24,000 nucleotides of DNA from Candidatus Bathyarchaeota archaeon ex4484_135 (GTDB taxonomy: Archaea; Thermoproteota; Bathyarchaeia; EX4484-135). Position numbers and translations under genes: made by a program. The DNA is taken from contig NJEJ01000003.1 in NCBI GenBank assembly GCA_002255025.1, positions 3,132 to 27,131 of the forward strand. The letters are read 5' to 3'. Under the pieces are notes generated by a model. The model searched no databases. It was not told the origin of the DNA and was given only the letters and a program-made list of their open reading frames with translations. Below, piece by piece: positions 1 to 8,474 of this stretch; position 1 is the first letter of the stretch; every line of letters starts with the position of its first letter.

Positions 1-5
1 AGATC

Positions 6-1367
6 TTGGCCGCGAGGAAGCCGAAGGCCGTGGCCATGGCCGTGGCTGGCCTGGACCCATCGGGCGGAGCTGGCCTATCGGCCGACATAAGGGCCTTCAC
101 GGCCTTAGGCGTATACTGTGCCCCCGTCATATCGGCCATAACGGTCCAAGACACGAGAGGCGTTTATGCTGTGAGGCCCGTGGAAGCTGACCTCCTTAAG
201 AGGCAGTTAGAAGCGGTCCTAGAGGACCTGAGGCCCTCCTGGGCTAAGGTGGGCGTCCTCTACTCGGCCGAGAACGTCAAGCTAGTGGCCGAACTCCTGC
301 CCGAGAAAGGCGTGGAACTGGTCGTTGACCCCGTGCTAAGGGCTGGGACAGGAGGGCCCTTGCTCGAGCATGGTGCCCTCGAGGCCCTGAGGGACGAGCT
401 GATCCCGAGGGCCTTTATCATAACGCCCAACGCCTGTGAGGCAGGCGAGCTAGCGGGCATCCAGGTCAGGTCGATTAAAGATGCCAAGAAGGCCGCCAGG
501 GCCCTGGCCCTGTTAGGCCCTGAGGGCGTCGTGGTAAAGGGAGGGCACATAAGAGGTCTCATGGCAACCGACGTGCTCTACTATGAAGGACGTTTCTACG
601 AGTTCAGGAGGCCAAGGTTTGATGTGGACGCCCACGGCTCTGGATGTGCTTTCTCTTCCTTCCTGACGGCCCTCCTGGCCCTGGGCGAGGACGTGCCTTC
701 TGCTGTCGAGAAGGCCGGCGACCTGGCCTACGATGCCATTCGCTGGTCCATTAGCGTGGGCTCGGGCAGGCCTGTGGCAGAGCCATCAGCGAGGCTGCTC
801 AGGGAGGCCGAGAGGTACGCGGTCCTGAGGGAGGTCGAGGAAGCCGTCGGGGCCTTCCTGTCTGAGCCTAAGGTAACCGATTTCATACCAGAGGTCGGGA
901 CGCAGATAGGTATGGCTATCTCCATGCCCTCAGGTCCTGAGGATGTGGCAGCCGTCGAGGGACGTATAGTAAGAGCCGGTGCTAGACCTGTAGCCGTCGG
1001 ACCTGTGAGGTTCGGGGCCTCGAGCCATGTGGCACGCATCATACTGGCGGCCATGAGGTACGACCCGGGCATGAGGTCGGCCATGAACATGGCCTATAGG
1101 CCCGGGCTCCTTGAGGCCCTCAAGCGTATGGGCTTGACGGTAGCCTCCTTCGACAGGCCAAGGGAGCCGCCCGATGTGGCCATGACGGAGGGAGCTTCAC
1201 TGCCCTGGGGAGTTGAAGAAGCCATCAAGGCCTGTGGAGGACGTGTCCCGGACGCCATATATGACCTGGGGGCCGTGGGCAAGGAGCCCATGATAAGGCT
1301 CTTGGGCAGGTCGGCCCGCGAGGTGGTCAAGAAGGCCCTCAGGGCCGTAAGGATGGCCTCGGGCTAA
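6..1367 (+). CDS. thiDN: Bifunctional ThiD-ThiN (hydroxymethylpyrimidine/phosphomethylpyrimidine kinase fused to ThiN-type thiamine-phosphate synthase)
   Basis: 453-aa ORF. The N-terminal half shows ThiD/ribokinase-like signatures (AGLDPSGGAGLSADI, GSGCAFSS). The ~190-aa C-terminal extension is as in archaeal ThiDN fusions. The frame is open to the window edge, so the start is ambiguous: TTG at 6, or ATG at 36 giving MAVAGLDPSGGAG. Confidence 0.8.
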   Translation: MAARKPKAVAMAVAGLDPSGGAGLSADIRAFTALGVYCAPVISAITVQDTRGVYAVRPVEADLLKRQLEAVLEDLRPSWAKVGVLYSAENVKLVAELLPEKGVELVVDPVLRAGTGGPLLEHGALEALRDELIPRAFIITPNACEAGELAGIQVRSIKDAKKAARALALLGPEGVVVKGGHIRGLMATDVLYYEGRFYEFRRPRFDVDAHGSGCAFSSFLTALLALGEDVPSAVEKAGDLAYDAIRWSISVGSGRPVAEPSARLLREAERYAVLREVEEAVGAFLSEPKVTDFIPEVGTQIGMAISMPSGPEDVAAVEGRIVRAGARPVAVGPVRFGASSHVARIILAAMRYDPGMRSAMNMAYRPGLLEALKRMGLTVASFDRPREPPDVAMTEGASLPWGVEEAIKACGGRVPDAIYDLGAVGKEPMIRLLGRSAREVVKKALRAVRMASG

Positions 1368-1400
1368 ACATATATCAGTTCTCAGGGCCCTTTACCCGGC

Positions 1401-1853
1401 ATGAAGGGCGTGGAAATGATTGGGGTAGGGCACAAGCCCGATGTCCTAAGGGTGGCCGTGGCCGAGGGCAAGATATTGCTCGGCCGTGAGGCCCTGAGGC
1501 GTATAAGGGAGGGGTCCGTCGAGAAGGGAGACCCGCTCTTGGCCGCCCAGCTGGCTGGCATACTGGCTGCCAAGAGGACGCCGGAGCTCATACCGCTATG
1601 CCACCCGATACCCATAACTAAGGTCGATATAGAACCGACGGTCGAGGAGGACGGCGTGAGGATTAAGGCCCGGGTCGAGGCCGTGGCCAAGACGGGCGTG
1701 GAGATGGAGGCCCTCACAGCCGTCTCGGTGGCCCTGCTGACTGTGTGGGACATGGTGAAGCAGTACGAGAAGGACGAGGCTGGCCAGTACCCTCATACGG
1801 CCATAACGGGCATAAGAGTGCTCAGCAAAATTAAGGGGCCGGTTCAGCCCTGA
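1401..1853 (+). CDS. moaC: Cyclic pyranopterin monophosphate synthase accessory protein MoaC
   Basis: 150-aa ORF with MoaC-like conserved blocks (KRTPELIPLCHPIPITKVDIE; EMEALTAVSVALLTVWDM). Size is typical of the family. Confidence 0.85.
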   Translation: MKGVEMIGVGHKPDVLRVAVAEGKILLGREALRRIREGSVEKGDPLLAAQLAGILAAKRTPELIPLCHPIPITKVDIEPTVEEDGVRIKARVEAVAKTGVEMEALTAVSVALLTVWDMVKQYEKDEAGQYPHTAITGIRVLSKIKGPVQP

Positions 1854-2683
1854 GCCGAGCTGTAAGGGCAGGCCTTGATACATATCCCGCATATCAACTC
1901 GCCTATCCCCGGCCTTCTGGCGAACTCCATGAGCTTCTCCAAGCAGGCTCTGTAATCGAAGACCTCATTACGGCTCCTCGGCTTGAGGTCAAAGCTGACG
2001 TCTCTTATGGCACCGGCCGGGCAGGCCTCCACGCAGGCCCGGCAGGGACCACATTTCGACCTCACGGGCTTGCCGACCTCTAGGGGCATGTCGGTCAAGA
2101 CGGTCGCAAACCGGACTCTTGGGCCGTGGTCGGGCGTTATGACCAACAAGTTCTTTCCCATCCAGCCCAGGCCAGCCAAGACAGCCACGGCCTTATGCGA
2201 TATCAGGCCCAGCTGACGCTCCCAATCGGCTATCCGCGAGGCCGGTACTGCTAAGGCCCTGTAACCCTTCGAGGAGCAGAAGGATGCTATCTCGCGGGCC
2301 GCCCGGTCCAGGAGGGCATTCGCCCGCCGGTAGCAGCGTGCGTAAGCCGGTGATGGCCCATCTGGCCCTATGGTCTCTATGACCTCGCGGGGCAGGACTA
2401 CGCCTATGGAAATGGCCCTTGAGTATTTCTTGAGCAACCGCTTCGATATGCCGAACTCATCCTCGTAGGACGAGAGGTCAGCGAACCCAACTTTATCGGC
2501 ACCTACCGCCCTGGCTAGGGCCTTTATCTCGTCCTCGTACAAGAGTGGCCCCGGGGACCTGTGGCCCTCACGCTTATAGATGTCCTCTCCTGCCTCGGGT
2601 GGGGGTGGTAGGCCCTCACCTTGAAAGGCAAGCCCAGGTACGTAGTGTGTGCTGCCTGGCCCTACATCAACTACGTGCCACAC
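1844..2683 (-). CDS. 4Fe-4S protein, epoxyqueuosine-reductase (QueG)/reductive-dehalogenase-like
   Basis: C-terminal ferredoxin-type cluster motifs CGPCRACVEACP and CGICIKACP. The N-terminal region ...EIKALARAVGADKVGFADL resembles QueG N-termini. The longest ORF (ATG 2683) overlaps the divergent metG start by 63 nt. An in-frame TTG at 2542 (giving MYEDEIKALARAVG...) removes the overlap and is the more likely start. Confidence 0.6.
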   Translation of the reverse strand: MWHVVDVGPGSTHYVPGLAFQGEGLPPPPEAGEDIYKREGHRSPGPLLYEDEIKALARAVGADKVGFADLSSYEDEFGISKRLLKKYSRAISIGVVLPREVIETIGPDGPSPAYARCYRRANALLDRAAREIASFCSSKGYRALAVPASRIADWERQLGLISHKAVAVLAGLGWMGKNLLVITPDHGPRVRFATVLTDMPLEVGKPVRSKCGPCRACVEACPAGAIRDVSFDLKPRSRNEVFDYRACLEKLMEFARRPGIGELICGICIKACPYSSAQG

Positions 2684-4303
2684 CTCGGGACCATCATACC
2701 GCTCCTGTCGGCCGACGTAGTGACCCGCTTCTTACGCATGAGAGGACATGATGTCGTCTTCGTCAGCGGCTCCGACGAGCACGGCACGCCAATAGAGGTC
2801 GAGGCCGTCAGGCAGGGCATAGAGCCCAAGGAGCTCACGGACCGCAATCACGAGTTAGTGGTCAGGCTGTTAAAGGAATGGGAGCTCTCCTTGGACAGCT
2901 ACATAAGGACAGAGCACCCGGTCCACAAGGAGTTCATAAAACGCTTCTACAAGCGTGTCTACGCTAACGGATACGTCTTCGAGCGAGACGAGGAGCTGCC
3001 TTACTGTGAGAGCTGCGGCCGCTTCCTGCCTGACCGCTTCGTGGAGGGCACCTGCCCCTACTGCGGCTATGAAAGGGCCCGGGGAGACCAGTGCGAGGCC
3101 TGCGGGAGGCTGCTGGACCCGGCCAAGCTCGTGAACCTCAGATGTGTCATCTGTGGCTCTAGGCCCGTCATAAGGACCACGAGGCACTGGTTCCTCGACC
3201 TGACGAAGCTCCAAGAGGCCGTGGAAGAATACGTCCGCTCGAACGAGCGTTTCTCCGATACGGTCCGCTCGTTCAGCCTTAGGATGCTCGAGGAAGGCCT
3301 GAGGCCGCGTTCTATAACACGCGATACGAAATGGGGCATAGAGGCACCCTTCCCGGGTGCTGAGGGCAAGACCATATACTGCTGGTTTGAGGCCGTCTTG
3401 GGCTACATATCGGCCACCATAGCTTACTTCAGGTCCAAGGGCCAGCCGGACCGCTGGGAGGCCTTCTGGAAGGACCCGGAGGCCCGCTCGGTGTTCTTCA
3501 TAGGCAAGGACAACATACCGTTCCATGCCATCCTCCTGCCAGCCCTCCTGCTGGCCTCCGGCGAGGGCTACAACTTGCCCTGGGACGTAGTGTCCAACGA
3601 GTTCTTGCTTTGGGAGGGAGAGAAGTTCTCGAAGAGCAGACGCGTGGGTATATGGATTGACGAAGCCCTCGAGCTGTTCCCGGCCGATTACTGGCGTTTC
3701 GTCTTAGTGGCCCTCAGGCCGGAGCTGAGGGACTCCAACTTCACTTGGGAGCAGTTCCTGGAGAAGGTCAACTCGGACTTAAACGACACGATAGGGAACT
3801 TCATACACAGGACCCTGACCTTCATATGGAGATACTTCAGCGGCCGCGTGCCCGAGCCCGGCCCCATGGGCCCGAGAGATGAAGAAGCCCTAAAGCTTCT
3901 CAAGGACGCGTTCGACCAGATAACGGACGAGCTGGAGAACTTCAGGCTGAAGTCGGCCCTGAGGTCCGTGGTCGAGCTGGCCAGGGAAGGGAACCGCTAC
4001 CTGAACGAGCGTGAGCCCTGGAAGCTGGTGAAGGAAAGGCCGGATGAGGCCAGGACGGCCTTATACGTGGCTGCCCAGCTCGTGAAGGCCCTCTCGGTCC
4101 TCCTGGCCCCCTTCGTGCCCTCATCGGCCGACAGGCTCTGGTCCATGCTGGGCCTGGAGGGCTCCGTGCACGAGGCGTCCTGGGACGATGCCCTCAGGCC
4201 CTTGGAGCCAGGGCATGTTATAAGGAAGCCTGAGCCTCTGTTCCGCAAGGTCGAGAAGGGGCCTGAGGAGCTGAGGGCAGCTTTAGAAAGGCTGAGAGCT
4301 TGA
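2621..4303 (+). CDS. metG: Methionyl-tRNA synthetase
   Basis: 560 aa. Class I aaRS HIGH-type motif (PHLGTII) and KMSKS-type motif (KFSKS). Cys-rich zinc knuckles (CESCG, CPYCG, CEACG, CVICG) in the connective peptide. TTG start at 2621. Confidence 0.92.
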   Translation: MKGKPRYVVCAAWPYINYVPHLGTIIPLLSADVVTRFLRMRGHDVVFVSGSDEHGTPIEVEAVRQGIEPKELTDRNHELVVRLLKEWELSLDSYIRTEHPVHKEFIKRFYKRVYANGYVFERDEELPYCESCGRFLPDRFVEGTCPYCGYERARGDQCEACGRLLDPAKLVNLRCVICGSRPVIRTTRHWFLDLTKLQEAVEEYVRSNERFSDTVRSFSLRMLEEGLRPRSITRDTKWGIEAPFPGAEGKTIYCWFEAVLGYISATIAYFRSKGQPDRWEAFWKDPEARSVFFIGKDNIPFHAILLPALLLASGEGYNLPWDVVSNEFLLWEGEKFSKSRRVGIWIDEALELFPADYWRFVLVALRPELRDSNFTWEQFLEKVNSDLNDTIGNFIHRTLTFIWRYFSGRVPEPGPMGPRDEEALKLLKDAFDQITDELENFRLKSALRSVVELAREGNRYLNEREPWKLVKERPDEARTALYVAAQLVKALSVLLAPFVPSSADRLWSMLGLEGSVHEASWDDALRPLEPGHVIRKPEPLFRKVEKGPEELRAALERLRA

Positions 4304-4956
4304 GCGACGGCCTGAGGATAGATCTACACGTCCACACCTTCTACTCGGGCGATGCCATAACGAGCCCCAGGGAAGCAGTTTTATGGGCTAAAAAAGCCGG
4401 CCTCCACGGCCTGGCCATAACTGACCACGACACGCTGAAGGGGGCCCTTAAGGCCCACGAGATCGGCCGCAGGGAAGGCGTCTTGATCCTGCCGGGCATG
4501 GAGTTAGAGAGCAGGGGAGGCCACGTCTTGGCCTTGTGCCCGTTAGAGCCCGTCAGGCCCGGGAACAGCTTGGCCGAGACCGTGGAGACCGTGAGGGAAG
4601 CCGGAGGCCTGGCCATCCTAGCACACCCGTACCACCTGCTGGCCCCTCGGGCCTGGGACCTAGAGGGCCTGAGGGCCCTAGATGCCGTAGAGGTCCTGAA
4701 CGCCAGCGACCCCCTGGCTGCCCTGAGCACGAGGCTCGCCATCAGGCTGGCCAGGGCCTTGGGCAAGCCCGAGACGGGCGGGAGCGATGCCCACTTCCCC
4801 GAGGCCATAGGAGCTGCCTACACTGTCGTGGAAGCAGACCCAGACCCGGACGAGGTTTTATCGGCCATAGAAAAGGGCCTGACGACGCCGAGCAGGAGGG
4901 CCTTGAATCCCATGGTCATCTTGAAGAAATGGGCCATACCTAATTACCTACGTTGA
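4300..4956 (+). CDS. PHP-domain metal-dependent phosphoesterase
   Basis: 218 aa. PHP signatures IDLHVHTFYSGD, AITDHDT, LAHPY and GGSDAH. The TTG start overlaps the metG stop by 4 nt, suggesting translational coupling. Confidence 0.75.
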   Translation: MSDGLRIDLHVHTFYSGDAITSPREAVLWAKKAGLHGLAITDHDTLKGALKAHEIGRREGVLILPGMELESRGGHVLALCPLEPVRPGNSLAETVETVREAGGLAILAHPYHLLAPRAWDLEGLRALDAVEVLNASDPLAALSTRLAIRLARALGKPETGGSDAHFPEAIGAAYTVVEADPDPDEVLSAIEKGLTTPSRRALNPMVILKKWAIPNYLR

Positions 4957-5129
4957 TTCTGGCCTTCCTCCCTTTCTCTCCTGCCCCAGAACTCCTTGTT
5001 CAGCAGGTCCCTTATGGCCACCCTTATAGCTTCAGCACGGCTCGGGTAATAACGCTTCTCCACGAGCTCGTCCAGGGCCCTGAGGTACGACTCCGGCAGG
5101 TAGAGCGTTATCAGCTTCACGGCGGGCAC
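4944..5129 (-). CDS. Ribbon-helix-helix (CopG/NikR-N-like) DNA-binding protein
   Basis: 61 aa. A beta-strand (KLITLYLPE) is followed by two helices (YLRALDELV...; SRAEAIRVAIRDLL), the typical RHH pattern. GTG start. Its 3' end overlaps the PHP gene tail by 13 nt. Confidence 0.6.
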   Translation of the reverse strand: MPAVKLITLYLPESYLRALDELVEKRYYPSRAEAIRVAIRDLLNKEFWGRREREEGQNQRR

Positions 5130-5283
5130 CGGGCACGCAGGGCCTCAGGCCCCTTTTCAGGGGGCGTGTTAGGGAGGAGATAAGGGGAAAACAAGAGGGT
5201 GGTTAAGGCCGGGAGGAGGTAGGTACCTGCTTACACATGGCTCATTAAAAAGGGCTGGTGTCTTATGGATTCCTACGGCACGG

Positions 5284-5291
5284 TTTAAATC
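5284..5291 (+). promoter_or_regulatory. TATA-box-like element (TTTAAATC) upstream of the methylthiotransferase gene
   Basis: An A/T box sits 25-32 nt upstream of the TTG start at 5316. This spacing fits an archaeal leaderless or near-leaderless transcript. Confidence 0.4.
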
Positions 5292-5315
5292 CGGCCCCTC
5301 GGGCCCTTAACGGAG

Positions 5316-6581
5316 TTGAGGGTCTACATAGAGAGCTACGGCTGTGCTATGAACATGGCCGATGGGCACCTCATGGCCGAGCTCCTGGCCGAAGCAGGCC
5401 ACACCATCGTCGATAGGCCTGAAGAGGCGGACGTCATAATACTAAACACATGTACGGTCCGCTCGGATACGGAGAGGAGGATGGTAAGGCGCCTGAGGGA
5501 ACTCATGTCCTACGGGAGACGCCTCGTCGTGGCTGGTTGCCTTGCCTCAGCCCAGCCCGGCCTGGTCTACAAGATATCGCGGGATATCTCGCTGCTCTCC
5601 GCGAGGGCCGTGGAAGCCGTCAGGGAGGTCGTGGAGGCCAACGGGCCAGTTTACGTCTTGGAGCCGAGGCCCAGGGAGAGATTGCCCAAGCTCCTCCACG
5701 GCATCAGCATAACCATACCGATCGCCGAGGGCTGCCTGGGCTCCTGTGCCTACTGCATCGTCCGGGTGGCCCGTGGGCCCCTTAGGTCCTACAGGCCCGA
5801 GGCCATAGTGAGGGCCGTGGAGGAAGCGGTCCGCAGGGGGGCCCGCGAGGTCAGGCTGACGGCCCAGGACACGGGCGTCTACGGCCTGGACATGGGGACC
5901 AACTTGGCCGAGCTCCTCAGGGCCGTCTGTGAGGTAGAGGGCCTCTTCATGGTGAGGGTGGGCATGATGAACCCAAATGCGGCCCTCCGCATCTTAGACG
6001 ACCTTGTAGAGGCCTACAAGGACCCGAAGGTCTACAAGTTCCTCCACCTGCCCGTCCAGACGGGCGATGACAGGCTCCTGAAGGCCATGAGACGTAATTA
6101 CACGGTGGAGGACTTCCTCACGGTCGTCGATGCCTTCAGGCGTGAGTTCCCGGACCTCATGCTCGCAACGGACATAATGGTCGGTTTACCGGGCGAGGAC
6201 GAAGAAGCCTTCAGGAACACGCTAGAGCTGCTGAAGCGTGTCAGGCCGGATAAGGTCCACGTGGCCAGGTTCACGCCCAGGCCACATACGAAGGCAGCCT
6301 CCATGCCGGGGCAAATCCCGGAGCCCGAGAAGAAGCGTAGGTCCCGTATCGTGACGGCCCTGGTCTTAAAGATAGGCCTGGAGAAGAACAGGGCCCTCAT
6401 AGGACGGCGTTTAGCCTGCCTGGTGGTCGGGAGGAGCGGAAGAGAAGGCCAATTGGAGGCCAGGGCCATGAATTACAAGCCGGTTTACTTCACGGGCCCT
6501 GAGGTCCTCGTAGGGGATTTCCTGGGGCTCGAGATAATCGATGCTGGCCCCTACTACCTAATCGGCCGTGCTTACTATTAA
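5316..6581 (+). CDS. Radical-SAM methylthiotransferase, MiaB/MtaB (CDKAL1-like archaeal type)
   Basis: 421 aa. N-terminal MTTase domain (VYIESYGCAMN...NTCTVR), radical-SAM CxxxCxxC (CLGSCAYC), and a C-terminal TRAM-like tail. Confidence 0.85.
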   Translation: MRVYIESYGCAMNMADGHLMAELLAEAGHTIVDRPEEADVIILNTCTVRSDTERRMVRRLRELMSYGRRLVVAGCLASAQPGLVYKISRDISLLSARAVEAVREVVEANGPVYVLEPRPRERLPKLLHGISITIPIAEGCLGSCAYCIVRVARGPLRSYRPEAIVRAVEEAVRRGAREVRLTAQDTGVYGLDMGTNLAELLRAVCEVEGLFMVRVGMMNPNAALRILDDLVEAYKDPKVYKFLHLPVQTGDDRLLKAMRRNYTVEDFLTVVDAFRREFPDLMLATDIMVGLPGEDEEAFRNTLELLKRVRPDKVHVARFTPRPHTKAASMPGQIPEPEKKRRSRIVTALVLKIGLEKNRALIGRRLACLVVGRSGREGQLEARAMNYKPVYFTGPEVLVGDFLGLEIIDAGPYYLIGRAYY

Positions 6582-6651
6582 AGGAGCCCGCTCAAAGACA
6601 AGGGGTTCCTGCTATCCCGGGGCAGGCCGTTGAACAGCCCGACCGTCAGGC

Positions 6652-7614
6652 TCAGGCCTGGCCTTTCCTACGCTTCAGAACCTCTATCAGGGCTGGTATG
6701 ATCTGGTAGAGGTCGCCCACCACGTAGTAGTCCGACACGGAGAGTATCGGTGCTTCCTCGTCCTTGTTTATGGCCACTATGACCTTTGAATCCCTTATGC
6801 CGGCCACGTGCTGTATGGCACCTGATATGCCGACGGCCACGTAAAGCTTGGGCTTCACCTTGCGGCCCGAGAGGCCAATCCACTCCGGGAACCAACCCCT
6901 GTCCTCCGCTATCGGCCTGGAGCAGCCGACAGCACCGCCGAGCAGCTTGGCCAGCTCCTCGAGCATGGCGAAGTCCTCACGCCTCTCAACCCCACGGCCG
7001 CCCGCCACTATGACCTCTGCTTCCTCAAGCCTGGGCCCCTTCAGCTCTTTCTCCTTGACCGACAGGAGCTTCAGCTTCGGCTCCGGGACCTCCAGGCTAA
7101 CGGTCCTGACCTTGCCGTTCCTCTTGGTTGCTGGCCTCTCGAAGGCCCTCGGTGCCACCGCCAGGACACACGGCAGGGACGGGCACTCCTGCCTAGCGAT
7201 GGCCCTGCCAGCGTAAACGGTCCTCTCGACCAGCAAGCGGCCGCCTTCGACCTTGATGGACGTGCAGCCGGTCATGCAGGGCACCTTCATCTTGGCCGAG
7301 AGCCTGGCAGCTACCTCACGGCCGAACCGGGTGGAAGCGATCAGGATTAGGTCGGCTCCCTCCGACCTGGCGACATCCTGTATGGCCGATGCGAAGACGG
7401 ACGAGTCTGGCACCGAGAACTTCCCATCGGTGGCCAGCAGGACCTCATCAGCCCACTTAGCCAGCTCCTCGGCCCCCGAGGCAGCTTCAGGCCCACCGGC
7501 TAGCACCAGGGCCTTCAGGCTGGACCCGAAGGCCTCGGCCAGGCTTGAGCCCCCGCCGAGCAGCTCAAGCAAGAGGTCCTTCTTCTCCGACCAAGCCAGG
7601 ACCGGCCCAGCCAT
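6652..7614 (-). CDS. etfA: Electron transfer flavoprotein, alpha subunit
   Basis: 320 aa. The C-terminal FAD-binding block (VVAGGRG..., [15 protein letters not shown]-type: [26 protein letters not shown]) is typical of EtfA. Its start overlaps the etfB stop (ATGA). Confidence 0.85.
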   Translation of the reverse strand: MAGPVLAWSEKKDLLLELLGGGSSLAEAFGSSLKALVLAGGPEAASGAEELAKWADEVLLATDGKFSVPDSSVFASAIQDVARSEGADLILIASTRFGREVAARLSAKMKVPCMTGCTSIKVEGGRLLVERTVYAGRAIARQECPSLPCVLAVAPRAFERPATKRNGKVRTVSLEVPEPKLKLLSVKEKELKGPRLEEAEVIVAGGRGVERREDFAMLEELAKLLGGAVGCSRPIAEDRGWFPEWIGLSGRKVKPKLYVAVGISGAIQHVAGIRDSKVIVAINKDEEAPILSVSDYYVVGDLYQIIPALIEVLKRRKGQA

Positions 7615-8399
7615 CAGGACAACACCCCCTCTTCCTCCAGGGCCTTGAGGAGGTTCTCAGCTATTTCCTCAGGCGTCTCGCCCGCTATACGGACCTTTTT
7701 CCTCTCCATCGGGGGGACTATGACCTCTAGGAGGCCGTGGGCCCTCAGGGCCGATAGCTTCTCGGCCGATAGGCCCAAATCTTGGGCCCCGAGGACCTTT
7801 ATCTCCTTCTTAGCGGCCTTCATTATGGCCATGAGGCTCGGTATCCTGGGCGTGTTTATCTCTCTCGTGACCGTCACGACGACCGGGAGAGGGACGGCCA
7901 GTTCTTCATAACGGTCCTCCAGGGCCCTCTCGACCAAGAGCTCGCCGTCCCGGACCTCTATCTTCCTCACGCAGCTCACGCAGGGCACGCCCAGCAGCTC
8001 GGCCAGCTTAGGCCCGACCTGACCGGAGAAGCTATCGAGGGAGACCTCACCACATATCACTAGATCGGCCCCGCCGGCCTTCTCTATGACCTTGGCCAGG
8101 ACGGTGGTCGTCCCGAGCGTGTCAAGGTCCTTGAAGGCCTCATCGCAGGCCAGGTAGGCCTCGTCTATGCCCATGGCGAGGGCCTCCCTAAGGGCCATCT
8201 TGGCCCCCTCGGGCCCAATGGTGATGGCAAATGTCTTCCAGCCGAGCTTCTCCTTTATCTTCACGGCTTCTTCTATGGCATTCTTATCCAGGTCATTAGT
8301 CCTCATGGAAACGCCTTCTGTTATGAGCTTCCCTTCCCTATCGGCCTTCACCTGCTCCACGTCCGGTATGTACTTGACGCATACCGCTATGCTCGGCAT
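7614..8399 (-). CDS. etfB: Electron transfer flavoprotein, beta subunit
   Basis: 261 aa. Begins IAVCVKYIPD and contains DLVICG...D, as in EtfB. It lies immediately upstream of etfA and is coupled to it. Confidence 0.85.
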   Translation of the reverse strand: MPSIAVCVKYIPDVEQVKADREGKLITEGVSMRTNDLDKNAIEEAVKIKEKLGWKTFAITIGPEGAKMALREALAMGIDEAYLACDEAFKDLDTLGTTTVLAKVIEKAGGADLVICGEVSLDSFSGQVGPKLAELLGVPCVSCVRKIEVRDGELLVERALEDRYEELAVPLPVVVTVTREINTPRIPSLMAIMKAAKKEIKVLGAQDLGLSAEKLSALRAHGLLEVIVPPMERKKVRIAGETPEEIAENLLKALEEEGVLS

Positions 8400-8428
8400 C
8401 CCAGGCCCCCGCTGACATATGGCCCCGG

Positions 8429-8450
8429 ATAAAAAGGATTACGGTTAAAT
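8429..8450. promoter_or_regulatory. Divergent promoter pair (ATAAAAA for etfB on the minus strand; TTAAAT for the plus-strand gene)
   Basis: ATAAAAA at 8429-8435 is 30-36 nt from the etfB ATG (8399). TTAAAT at 8445-8450 is 25-30 nt from ATG 8475, which supports 8475 as a leaderless start. Confidence 0.4.
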
Positions 8451-8474
8451 CTGGGCCACGACATACCTCGGCCG

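Noticed and set aside
5130-5160. GGGCC-TCA-GGCCC hairpin followed by CTTTTC as a terminator
   Set aside because: It lies between two divergently transcribed genes, so there is no upstream transcript to terminate. The stem is only 5 bp.
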